From NCBI GenBank assembly GCA_031261805.1, contig JAISIX010000059.1, positions 1-59,159 of the forward strand: a DNA stretch of 59,159 nt, read 5' to 3'. The stretch comes from Mediterranea sp. (GTDB lineage Bacteria > Bacteroidota > Bacteroidia > Bacteroidales > Bacteroidaceae). Position 1 is the first letter of the stretch. Each line of letters begins with the position of its first letter. This document shows positions 9,553 through 17,431 of this stretch, one piece after another. The position numbers and the translations under genes were made by a program. The notes beneath the pieces were generated by a model. The model saw nothing but the letters and a program-made list of their open reading frames with translations, ran no database searches and had not been told where the DNA came from.

Positions 9553-11222
9553 AGAAACGAATATACCTGTTCACCGCTCTCCTCGCGTGGGGCGTCTCTT
9601 TCGCATATAGCCAACAAGTGGATATCGAAAACCTAAAAAACATCGGGAAGAACAAGCCCTTGACTGTCACGGGCGGACTGTCGGCCGGGAGCATCTTTTA
9701 CGACGGTAATGCACAGTCGGGACGCCAGCCATGGACCTATTACCTCAACGGGACGGTGAACTTCAACCTCTTCGGCATGATTAACCTGCCGTTCAGTCTG
9801 AACCTCACCAACCTGGGCAAGGATTTCTCCTACCCGTCAATGCCCAACCGATTTAGCCTGCACCCCACATACAAATGGGCCACGGCGCACATTGGCGACG
9901 TGGCAATGACGTTCTCGCCCTACACCCTCTCGGGCCACCAGTTTACAGGCGCCGGCGTGGAGCTTACCCCCGGCAAATGGAAAATCAGCGCCATGGGAGG
10001 ACGGTTGCTCAAGGAGGTGGCCTACGATGAAACCGCGCCCAGCATCACCCCTACCTACCGCCGTGTGGGCATGGGGGCCGACGTGCAGTATCTTGGCGAC
10101 CGCTTCTCGGTGGGGATGATTTACTTCGCCGCTAAGGACAAGGAGAACGCGATGATGCAAGAAGCGATGGACTCACTCGCCATCCGGCCCATGGAAAACC
10201 AAGCGTTGAGTTGGAACGTAGGCATCGACCTTGTAAAGAACCTGAGCCTGAAAGCCGAATATGCCCTTAGCCTGCTGAACATAGACACGCGGGCAAGCAA
10301 GCGTGTAACCTACCACTACCACGCCTTCAATGCCCAACTGAGCTACCAGTTGTGGAAGAACACCATCGGTGTGGGCTATGAGCGCATCGACCCCGGCTAC
10401 CGGACACTGGGAGCCTACTACTTCAATAATGATTATGAGAACCTGACGTTGAACTACGCCCGACCGTTCCTCAAGGATGACAAGGGCAGCGTGGCTGCCA
10501 GCTTCGGCGTGCAACGCGACAACCTCGACGGCAAGAAAGAGGAGACCTCACGGCGTTATGTGGGGTCGCTGAACCTCACCTACAACCCCACGGAGAACGT
10601 CCAGCTCTCGGCCAATTACTCCACCTTCCAGAACTACCGTAACTTGAAGTCACAGTTTGACTACATCAATGAGATGTCACCTTACGACAACATGGATACA
10701 CTGCGCTTTACGCAACTCTCACAGAATCTTGACTTCGCAGCAAATTACACCTTCAAGAAGACAAAACAGCAGCAACAAAGGCTTAGCCTGACGGTGAGCT
10801 ACCAAGAGTCTGCCGACCGCCAAGGGGGCATCTCCTTACCGGGCAACGTGTCGCGTTTCCTCAACTCGGCTTTGGGCTACGGGCTGCAACTCATTCCACA
10901 AGCCATTAGCCTCACCTCCTCGCTGAATGCCTCGTATTCCTACGCCTCGGTAGTGGAGTCGTACACCATCGGCCCGATGGTAGGCCTCACTGCCGCCTTC
11001 CTGAAAAAGCAACTGACGACCGACTTCTCTACCGCATACAATGTGAATGTCAACGCCGGCAGTGTGGCGGCCCGTGTGCTCAACCTGAGGCTGAACGCTG
11101 CTTACCGCATCAAAAAGCGGCATAACTTCAACGCGAATGTGGTGTGGCAGAACCGTGATATCAAAACCCGGGGGAAAACAGACGCGGTAACGACAACCGT
11201 GGCATACTCTTACAGCTTCTGA
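9549..11222 (+). CDS. Outer-membrane beta-barrel protein, hypothetical
   Basis: Signal peptide (…GVSFAYS|QQ). Alternating amphipathic strands throughout. C-terminal BAM-type motif AYSYSF. 4-nt ATGA overlap with the PKD gene. Confidence 0.8.
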   Translation: MKKRIYLFTALLAWGVSFAYSQQVDIENLKNIGKNKPLTVTGGLSAGSIFYDGNAQSGRQPWTYYLNGTVNFNLFGMINLPFSLNLTNLGKDFSYPSMPNRFSLHPTYKWATAHIGDVAMTFSPYTLSGHQFTGAGVELTPGKWKISAMGGRLLKEVAYDETAPSITPTYRRVGMGADVQYLGDRFSVGMIYFAAKDKENAMMQEAMDSLAIRPMENQALSWNVGIDLVKNLSLKAEYALSLLNIDTRASKRVTYHYHAFNAQLSYQLWKNTIGVGYERIDPGYRTLGAYYFNNDYENLTLNYARPFLKDDKGSVAASFGVQRDNLDGKKEETSRRYVGSLNLTYNPTENVQLSANYSTFQNYRNLKSQFDYINEMSPYDNMDTLRFTQLSQNLDFAANYTFKKTKQQQQRLSLTVSYQESADRQGGISLPGNVSRFLNSALGYGLQLIPQAISLTSSLNASYSYASVVESYTIGPMVGLTAAFLKKQLTTDFSTAYNVNVNAGSVAARVLNLRLNAAYRIKKRHNFNANVVWQNRDIKTRGKTDAVTTTVAYSYSF

Positions 11223-11233
11223 TTTATAAAAAC

Positions 11234-11299
11234 AAAAAAGGCTACTCTCACGAGCAGCCAATCTTGTTAACCTTAAATCTAATACTTATGAAAAAAACA
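11234..11299 (-). ncRNA. Putative small RNA, paralog copy 1 (resembles the multicopy Bacteroides FopS-type sRNA family)
   Basis: Near-identical core to 51274-51338 (cagccaatct(t)tgttaaccttaaatctaatact(t)atgaaaaa on +). Own promoter upstream and a GC hairpin (11240-11259) plus U-tract on the minus strand. Ends approximate. Confidence 0.7.
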
Positions 11300-11304
11300 C
11301 GTAG

Positions 11305-11335
11305 CAAAGGTACGAACTTCTATATAAGCAGCAAA
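11305..11335 (-). promoter_or_regulatory. Bacteroidetes sigma-A promoter (TTTG-N19-TACCTTTG) for sRNA copy 1
   Basis: + strand caaaggta at 11305-11312 and caaa at 11332-11335, 19-bp spacer. Confidence 0.75.
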
Positions 11336-11432
11336 TTATCAGTGCGAAAAGGGGGGATTTATAACACGGTTTAATAGAATCCGAAGAGGCTTAACAGTTC
11401 ATCACCACTGCATTAACACTTAACACATTCGT

Positions 11433-12320
11433 TCACATTCTTTTCTTCCAAAGCAGGTAGCTGATGACAATGTTCTGCCACAACACATAAGCCCCGGGAC
11501 CGATGGCCGAAAGAGGATTGAGGTAAGTATGCGCCATCCAGATGGCAAGGATGGTATTCTTCTGCCCCAGCGACTGACGCCCGCCGATGGGGTCACCATA
11601 AGCGAACCCGATACGCGCTCCGAGGAAGAACTGCAGGAGACAGGCCACCAGTGCACCTCCAGCGATAAGCAACTCGACGAGACCACTGCCCGGCTCGTTG
11701 ACAATGGCATTCACCGTCTGCGCCGTGACAATGACGATGGAGACGGCCCAAAGGTAGAAAGCCATGCCGCTGATACGTAGTAACTGGCCATGTACGGCAG
11801 GCAACAAGCGTTTCAGCGTCCACGCCGCTACGAAAGGGAGGATGAGTAACGGGAAGACCTTGCTTAGGATAAGGAGAAATGCATCCCAGAAGCGCAGGTC
11901 GGGCTGCGGTTCGACCAACGGGAAAAAGAGGGGAACAAGGATGGCTACTGCCAAGTTACTAAGCAGCGTATAGGTAGTAAGACTGGCAGCACTACCTCCT
12001 AGTTTGACGGTGGTGACGGCGGCAGCCGCAGCAGTGGGGCAGAGGATGCAAATCATCACCCCCTCGGCCACAATCTTATGGGTGGGTGCCAACAGCAAGT
12101 AGATGGCCAACGCGCCACCTATCTGCAGAAGCAGAAGCCATGCGTGATGCGGCTTGACTTTCAGCTCCCGTGGCGATACCCGGCAGAAGGTAAGCAGCAG
12201 CATCAGGAAGATGAGATATGCGGTGAGGAAAGAGAAGTGAACGAAAAAAGGATAACCCAAAGCGCCTATCAGTATAGCTATCGGCAGCGTCCAATTCTTC
12301 AGGAAACGAAGTAGAAACAT
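11433..12320 (-). CDS. Membrane transporter, bile acid:sodium symporter (SBF/BASS)-like
   Basis: About 9-10 hydrophobic segments. CPTAAAAAV and GQKNTILAIW motifs. Start placed at ATG 12320 (MFLLRFLKNW); track ORF runs to 12398. Confidence 0.8.
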   Translation of the reverse strand: MFLLRFLKNWTLPIAILIGALGYPFFVHFSFLTAYLIFLMLLLTFCRVSPRELKVKPHHAWLLLLQIGGALAIYLLLAPTHKIVAEGVMICILCPTAAAAAVTTVKLGGSAASLTTYTLLSNLAVAILVPLFFPLVEPQPDLRFWDAFLLILSKVFPLLILPFVAAWTLKRLLPAVHGQLLRISGMAFYLWAVSIVIVTAQTVNAIVNEPGSGLVELLIAGGALVACLLQFFLGARIGFAYGDPIGGRQSLGQKNTILAIWMAHTYLNPLSAIGPGAYVLWQNIVISYLLWKKRM

Positions 12321-12419
12321 ATCGGCATTTTCTGTTTTGGAGGGCAAAGTAACACAGTTTTTGTGGTAAATGCTATCAATCCGTCGAAAAAAACACAAAA
12401 CGGATAGGGAGAACAGCTG

Positions 12420-12428
12420 TTTTCCACA
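12420..12428 (+). promoter_or_regulatory. DnaA-box match (TTTTCCACA) in the amidase promoter
   Basis: Perfect TTWTNCACA match, 9 bp upstream of the TATTTTTG -7 element at 12438-12445. Confidence 0.35.
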
Positions 12429-12456
12429 AAATTCTACTATTTTTGCAGCACGTTAC

Positions 12457-13725
12457 ATGATGAAGTTGCACAGAGCATACATATTATATATAGTCGCCAT
12501 TGTCGGCCTGCTTCTCTCTTTCACACCTGCCGACAAGGTGTATGCTAAAGACTTCGTGGTGGTGATTGATGCCGGGCATGGCGGTCACGACCCCGGTGCC
12601 ATTGGGCGTGTGGCCAAAGAAAAGAACATCAACCTGAACGTGGCACTCAAATTAGGACAGCTTATCGAGAAGAATTGCTCCGACGTGAAGGTGATTTATA
12701 CCCGCAAAAAAGACGTCTTTATCCCTTTAGCTCAACGGGCCGACATTGCCAACGACGCGAAAGCCGACCTCTTTATATCCATCCACACGAACGCATTGGC
12801 CCAAAACCGTAAGGCAATGGGTGCCTCAACGTGGACGCTGGGTTTGGCCAAGTCGGAAGCCAACCTTGACGTGGCCAAACGGGAGAACTCCGTCATTCTT
12901 TACGAGCGCGACTATAAGACTCGGTACGCAGGCTTCGACCCCAACTCCGCCGAATCATATATCATCTTCGAGTTCATGCAGGACAAGTACATGAAGCAAA
13001 GCGTGCGTCTGGCATCGTTGGTGCAGAAAGAGTTCGGACGTACTTGTCGCCGCCCAGACCGAGGCGTACACCAAGCAGGTTTCTTAGTACTGAAAGCCAG
13101 CGCTATGCCGAGTATATTGGTAGAGCTGGGCTTTATCTCCACGCCAGTCGAGGAAACGTTCTTGACCTCCGAAGCGGGGGCCGAAACGATGGCGGGTGGC
13201 ATCTACCGTGCGTTCCTCGCCTACAAGAAGGAGCAAACTGCTACCTTGACAAGTGAAACGTCTGCGCCAGCCCCTGTCCCGACGCCAGCCCCTACTCCAC
13301 AGGATAGCGAGGCTACGGCCGAAAGACCCGACGTGCCTGACACCGTGCCGACGGAAGTGGAAGAGCCGGTAGCCAAGGAAACACCCATAGCTGACAAGCC
13401 CGTGCCGGCAAAAACAAAGACAAAAGCCGCAACGTCCAAGGCTACCTCAAGCACCGGGATAACATTTAAGATACAAATACTGGCTTCCGGCCAACTGTTG
13501 CCGAAAGGAGACAAACGCCTGAAGGGGCTATCGGACGTAAGCTACTACAAAGAGAAGGGGCTGTACAAATATACGTATGGCGCTTCAGCAGACTACAACC
13601 AGATATGGCGGCTTCGCCGCACCGTCGTAAGCAAGTTTAAGGATGCGTTTATCATCGCCTTCCGGGGAGAGGAGAAGATGGACATCCACAAAGCTATCGA
13701 CGAGTTTAAAAAACAGCAGAAATAA
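12457..13725 (+). CDS. amiA: N-acetylmuramoyl-L-alanine amidase (Amidase_3)
   Basis: VVIDAGHGGHDPG, EKNINL, FISIHTN, ILVELGF motifs. Pro/Ala/Thr linker and SPOR-like C-terminus. Start moved to the ATG downstream of the -7 promoter element. Confidence 0.9.
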   Translation: MMKLHRAYILYIVAIVGLLLSFTPADKVYAKDFVVVIDAGHGGHDPGAIGRVAKEKNINLNVALKLGQLIEKNCSDVKVIYTRKKDVFIPLAQRADIANDAKADLFISIHTNALAQNRKAMGASTWTLGLAKSEANLDVAKRENSVILYERDYKTRYAGFDPNSAESYIIFEFMQDKYMKQSVRLASLVQKEFGRTCRRPDRGVHQAGFLVLKASAMPSILVELGFISTPVEETFLTSEAGAETMAGGIYRAFLAYKKEQTATLTSETSAPAPVPTPAPTPQDSEATAERPDVPDTVPTEVEEPVAKETPIADKPVPAKTKTKAATSKATSSTGITFKIQILASGQLLPKGDKRLKGLSDVSYYKEKGLYKYTYGASADYNQIWRLRRTVVSKFKDAFIIAFRGEEKMDIHKAIDEFKKQQK

Positions 13726-13740
13726 AAGAATAATAGCAAA

Positions 13741-14634
13741 ATGAAGTACATCACAAAAGAAGTGAAGATTGGCATCGCCGGCATTATAGCGCTGTGCGTG
13801 CTCGTATATGGCATCAATTGGCTGAAAGGGATACACTTGTTTCAGCCCTCCAACTATTTCTTCGTCCAGTTCCACGACGTAAACGGACTCACCAAGTCAA
13901 GCCCCGTCTTTGCCGACGGCGTACGGGTGGGCATCGTACGCGACATCCAATACAACCCCGTCAAACCCGGCGATGTAGTAGTAGAGGTAGAGGTTGACAC
14001 GGACCTGCGCATCCCCAAAGGTAGCTCGGCCGAATTAGTATCCGAGCTGATGGGTGGTGTGCGCATGAACTTCTTGCTGGCTAACAATCCGCGAGAAAAG
14101 TATCTGCCTGGCGACACCATCGACGGTACGTTGAACAACGGTATGATGGCCAGCGTAGCCAAGCTGGTACCACAAATAGAGGTCATGCTACCTAAGCTTG
14201 ACTCCATCCTCACCTCCATGAACGCCATAGTGAGCGACAAAAGCATCCCAGCCACCCTACACTCCCTGCAAACGACAACGGCCAACTTGGCAGTAGCCAG
14301 CGCGCAACTGAAAGGAGTCATGAGCCACGACTTGCCACAACTCACCGGCAAGCTCAATGTGATAGGTGACAACTTCGTAGCCATCAGCGGAAACTTGAAA
14401 GGCATCGACTATGCCGCCATGCTGAAACAGGTAGACGAGACACTGGCTAACGTAAAATTGCTAACAGACAAGCTCAACAACAAAGATAACACCTTGGGGT
14501 TGCTCTTCAATGACCCAGGACTTTACAATAACCTCAATGCTACAACAGCCAATGCCGCCAGCTTGCTGGAAGACCTGAAAGCACATCCGAAACGTTATGT
14601 GCACTTCTCCTTGTTCGGCAAGAAAGATAAGTGA
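13741..14634 (+). CDS. MCE/MlaD family protein
   Basis: N-terminal TM, then GLTKSSPVFADGVRVGIV MCE motif and helical C-terminus ending HPKRYVHFSLFG. Confidence 0.9.
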   Translation: MKYITKEVKIGIAGIIALCVLVYGINWLKGIHLFQPSNYFFVQFHDVNGLTKSSPVFADGVRVGIVRDIQYNPVKPGDVVVEVEVDTDLRIPKGSSAELVSELMGGVRMNFLLANNPREKYLPGDTIDGTLNNGMMASVAKLVPQIEVMLPKLDSILTSMNAIVSDKSIPATLHSLQTTTANLAVASAQLKGVMSHDLPQLTGKLNVIGDNFVAISGNLKGIDYAAMLKQVDETLANVKLLTDKLNNKDNTLGLLFNDPGLYNNLNATTANAASLLEDLKAHPKRYVHFSLFGKKDK

Positions 14635-14983
14635 GAGAAGGACGCTATATAGATTCAATCTAAATAGCACCAAAGTTTTATCACGTTGCATTTTCCCTCA
14701 AAAGGACTATCTATAAATAGATAATGGGAAACATTCCCAAAGGAAGGCGGATACTTAATCCGCACTTTTTAATACAGGTAATGAATTATATATCAGGCTA
14801 TTATTAAAAGTCAAGTCCCCCTTATCAGGATGAAAGTGAACCTTTAGAGATAAGACACTGAAAGTAAGCGTTTTAATCTCAAGAAGGATAAAAACAAGCA
14901 AAATGGCATTTGTTTTTCTCAAATAAGATTGCCAATTTTGCAACGTAGAGATTTTGCTTAATAAACAATTGTATTGTATTCCT

Positions 14984-16396
14984 ATGACTGAATCTAATCA
15001 TGTTGTGTTGTGGAACCGCTGTCTTGCCATTATTAGAGACAATGTTCCTGAAACAACCTACAACACATGGTTTGCCCCTATTGTCCCATTAAAATATGAG
15101 GACAACGCTCTGTACATACAGGTACCCAGCCAGTTCTTCTACGAGATGTTGGAGGACAAGTTCGTGGACTTGATGCGTAAAACCCTATATAAAGTTATAG
15201 GTGAAGGCACCAACCTGATGTATAACGTGATGGTGGACAAGAGTTCGGTACCCAACCAGACCGTAAACCTGGAGGCCAGCAAGCGCTCTACTGCCGTGGG
15301 TAACAAAAGCATCTTTGGCGGCAACAAAGTGCCGGGCTTCTTGCAAGCCCCTGTAGCGCCGGAGCTTGACCCACACTTAAACCCCAATTACAATTTCGAA
15401 AACTTCATAGAAGGCTATAGCAACAAGCTGTCGCGTACGGTAGCCGTAGCCGTAGCCAAGGAACCGGGTGGAACAGCATTCAACCCCCTCTTCCTCTATG
15501 GTGCCTCTGGCGTAGGAAAGACACACTTGGCCAATGCCATCGGTACCAAAATAAAGGAGCTGTATCCCGAAAAGCGGGTACTCTATGTATCGGCACACCT
15601 CTTTCAGGTACAATACACCGACTCGGTGCGCAACAATACCACCAACGACTTCATCAACTTCTACCAAACCATTGATGTGCTTATCATTGATGACATACAG
15701 GAATTTGCCGGAGTGACGAAGACCCAGAATAACTTCTTCCATATCTTCAACCACTTGCACCAAAACGGCAAGCAACTCATCCTCACCTCCGACCGTGCAC
15801 CAGTGTTGCTTCAAGGCATCGAGGAACGGTTGCTCACCCGCTTCAAGTGGGGCATGGTAGCTGAGCTGGAGAAACCGACGGTAGAGCTTCGGAAGGATAT
15901 CCTGCGCAACAAGATCCATCGTGACGGTTTGCAGTTTCCGGCGGAGGTCATCGACTACATCGCCGAGAACGTGAACGAGAGCGTACGCGACCTTGAGGGA
16001 ATCGTCATCGCCATCATGGCCCGCTCTACTATATTTAATAAGGATATCGACCTTGACTTGGCACAGCACATCGTACACGGAGTGGTGAACAAGGAAACAA
16101 AGGCGGTAGGCATTGACGACATCTTGAATGCCGTCTGCCAGCATTTCAGCCTTGAGGTATCGGCCGTCCATACCAAGTCGCGGAAACGCGAGGTGGTGCA
16201 AGCGCGCCAAGTAGCGATGTACTTGGCACAGAAGAAGACCGGCTTCTCGACATCCAAGATTGGCAAGTTCATTGGCAATCGCGACCACGCCACCGTGATA
16301 CACGCCTGCAAGACCATCAAAAACCAGCTGGAAGTAGACAAAGCTTTCAAACAGGAGGTGCAGGAGATTGAAAACTCATTGGGCAAAAAGGGTTGA
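14984..16396 (+). CDS. dnaA: Chromosomal replication initiator DnaA
   Basis: [17 protein letters not shown] Walker A, LIIDDIQ Walker B, domain IV RQVAMYL...[14 protein letters not shown] at 14984. Confidence 0.98.
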   Translation: MTESNHVVLWNRCLAIIRDNVPETTYNTWFAPIVPLKYEDNALYIQVPSQFFYEMLEDKFVDLMRKTLYKVIGEGTNLMYNVMVDKSSVPNQTVNLEASKRSTAVGNKSIFGGNKVPGFLQAPVAPELDPHLNPNYNFENFIEGYSNKLSRTVAVAVAKEPGGTAFNPLFLYGASGVGKTHLANAIGTKIKELYPEKRVLYVSAHLFQVQYTDSVRNNTTNDFINFYQTIDVLIIDDIQEFAGVTKTQNNFFHIFNHLHQNGKQLILTSDRAPVLLQGIEERLLTRFKWGMVAELEKPTVELRKDILRNKIHRDGLQFPAEVIDYIAENVNESVRDLEGIVIAIMARSTIFNKDIDLDLAQHIVHGVVNKETKAVGIDDILNAVCQHFSLEVSAVHTKSRKREVVQARQVAMYLAQKKTGFSTSKIGKFIGNRDHATVIHACKTIKNQLEVDKAFKQEVQEIENSLGKKG

Positions 16397-16398
16397 GC

Positions 16399-17142
16399 TT
16401 ACCTTAAAAACCCTTGTTCACGCAGCACCTTCAGCAGGTTCTCCGACATGAATTCGTTGTCTTTCTTGGTATAGCGCACGTCCGTGAAGACTTGCGCCAA
16501 TGTCTCTTTGCGGTTTTCACTGACGAACCCTTTGCTCTCAGGCAGCGATTCCTTGTAAGCATACAATCGGTCGATGTCGGCCGGGGTGTAGTCGTGGTAG
16601 CGTTCCAGATGTACAGCAGCCTCCAACGGCAGCCGGTCTACCTGTTCAGGCATCTCAGCCGGGTATCCCACGGTGATGGTAGTGATGGGGAAAACAAGCT
16701 TGGGGAGTTCAAGCGCCTCGATAATCATCTGCGGATTGTAGGTGGTAGTACCTAAGTAGCAGATGCCCAGTCCCACCTCCTCAGCCAGCGTGCAGAAGGT
16801 TTGCGCCACCAGCAAGGTATCCATGGAGGCGTTGAGGAACGACATCAGGTTGTCGTATCCAGGCGTGGCTTTACGCTGCTCACACCACAGGCTGAAACGG
16901 TGGAAGTCGGCACAAAAGGTAAGGACTACAGGCGCACTCTTCACCATGGGCTGGTTAAAGTGCGCGGGCGAGAGCTTCTCCTTCATTTCGGCGTCGCGGG
17001 TGACGACAACACTATAGAGTTGCATCCCACCCAGCGTAGAAGCCCGGAAAGAAGCCTCAAGCAAATCATTTAACAAAAGCGGAGCTATCTCACGTACTTG
17101 GTAGCGGCGGACGCTCCTTCTGTTTTTCACATTCTCAAACAT
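16399..17142 (-). CDS. NADPH-dependent nitroreductase/flavin reductase (NfsA-like)
   Basis: RRSVRRY, Q-x-YSVVV, LGICYLG, RLP motifs. TATCTTTG promoter element at 17159-17166 (-). Confidence 0.9.
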   Translation of the reverse strand: MFENVKNRRSVRRYQVREIAPLLLNDLLEASFRASTLGGMQLYSVVVTRDAEMKEKLSPAHFNQPMVKSAPVVLTFCADFHRFSLWCEQRKATPGYDNLMSFLNASMDTLLVAQTFCTLAEEVGLGICYLGTTTYNPQMIIEALELPKLVFPITTITVGYPAEMPEQVDRLPLEAAVHLERYHDYTPADIDRLYAYKESLPESKGFVSENRKETLAQVFTDVRYTKKDNEFMSENLLKVLREQGFLR

Positions 17143-17323
17143 ATCTTCTTTTTGAGGACAAAGATAAGAAAGAATATGCTATTTTATCACACTATATATA
17201 AGTATAGTTTTCTTTTTGGAGAACATTAACCTTTGAACAAAATGCAAATTCAATTGTTTATCAGCATGTTATGTTCTTGAAGTGGAAAACTAACTTCTCA
17301 ATCATAACTTATTTCATTTTTCT

Positions 17324-17354
17324 TTTGATAAACCAAAAGATATGCTTAGCTTTG
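17324..17354 (+). promoter_or_regulatory. Sigma-A promoter for nrdJ (TTTG-N19-TAGCTTTG)
   Basis: tttg 17324-17327 and tagctttg 17347-17354. It overlaps the track's ATG at 17342, which supports a later start codon. Confidence 0.65.
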
Positions 17355-17431
17355 CAATCTCATTCGTTGCTGATAAGCAGAGTCTCTACAAACCGGAACT
17401 TATTAGTGACACTATAGATAATAATAGCATT

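Noticed and set aside
13255-13450. Short repeats in the amidase gene (PAPVPTPAPTP)
   Set aside because: Ordinary low-complexity interdomain linker.
14635-14983. oriC upstream of dnaA
   Set aside because: AT-rich, but I found no cluster of TTWTNCACA boxes. In Bacteroidetes oriC need not be adjacent to dnaA. Cannot be excluded without genome-wide skew analysis.
17143-17431. Cobalamin riboswitch upstream of nrdJ
   Set aside because: No B12-box or conserved riboswitch core is visible, and the leader after the promoter is only about 70 nt.
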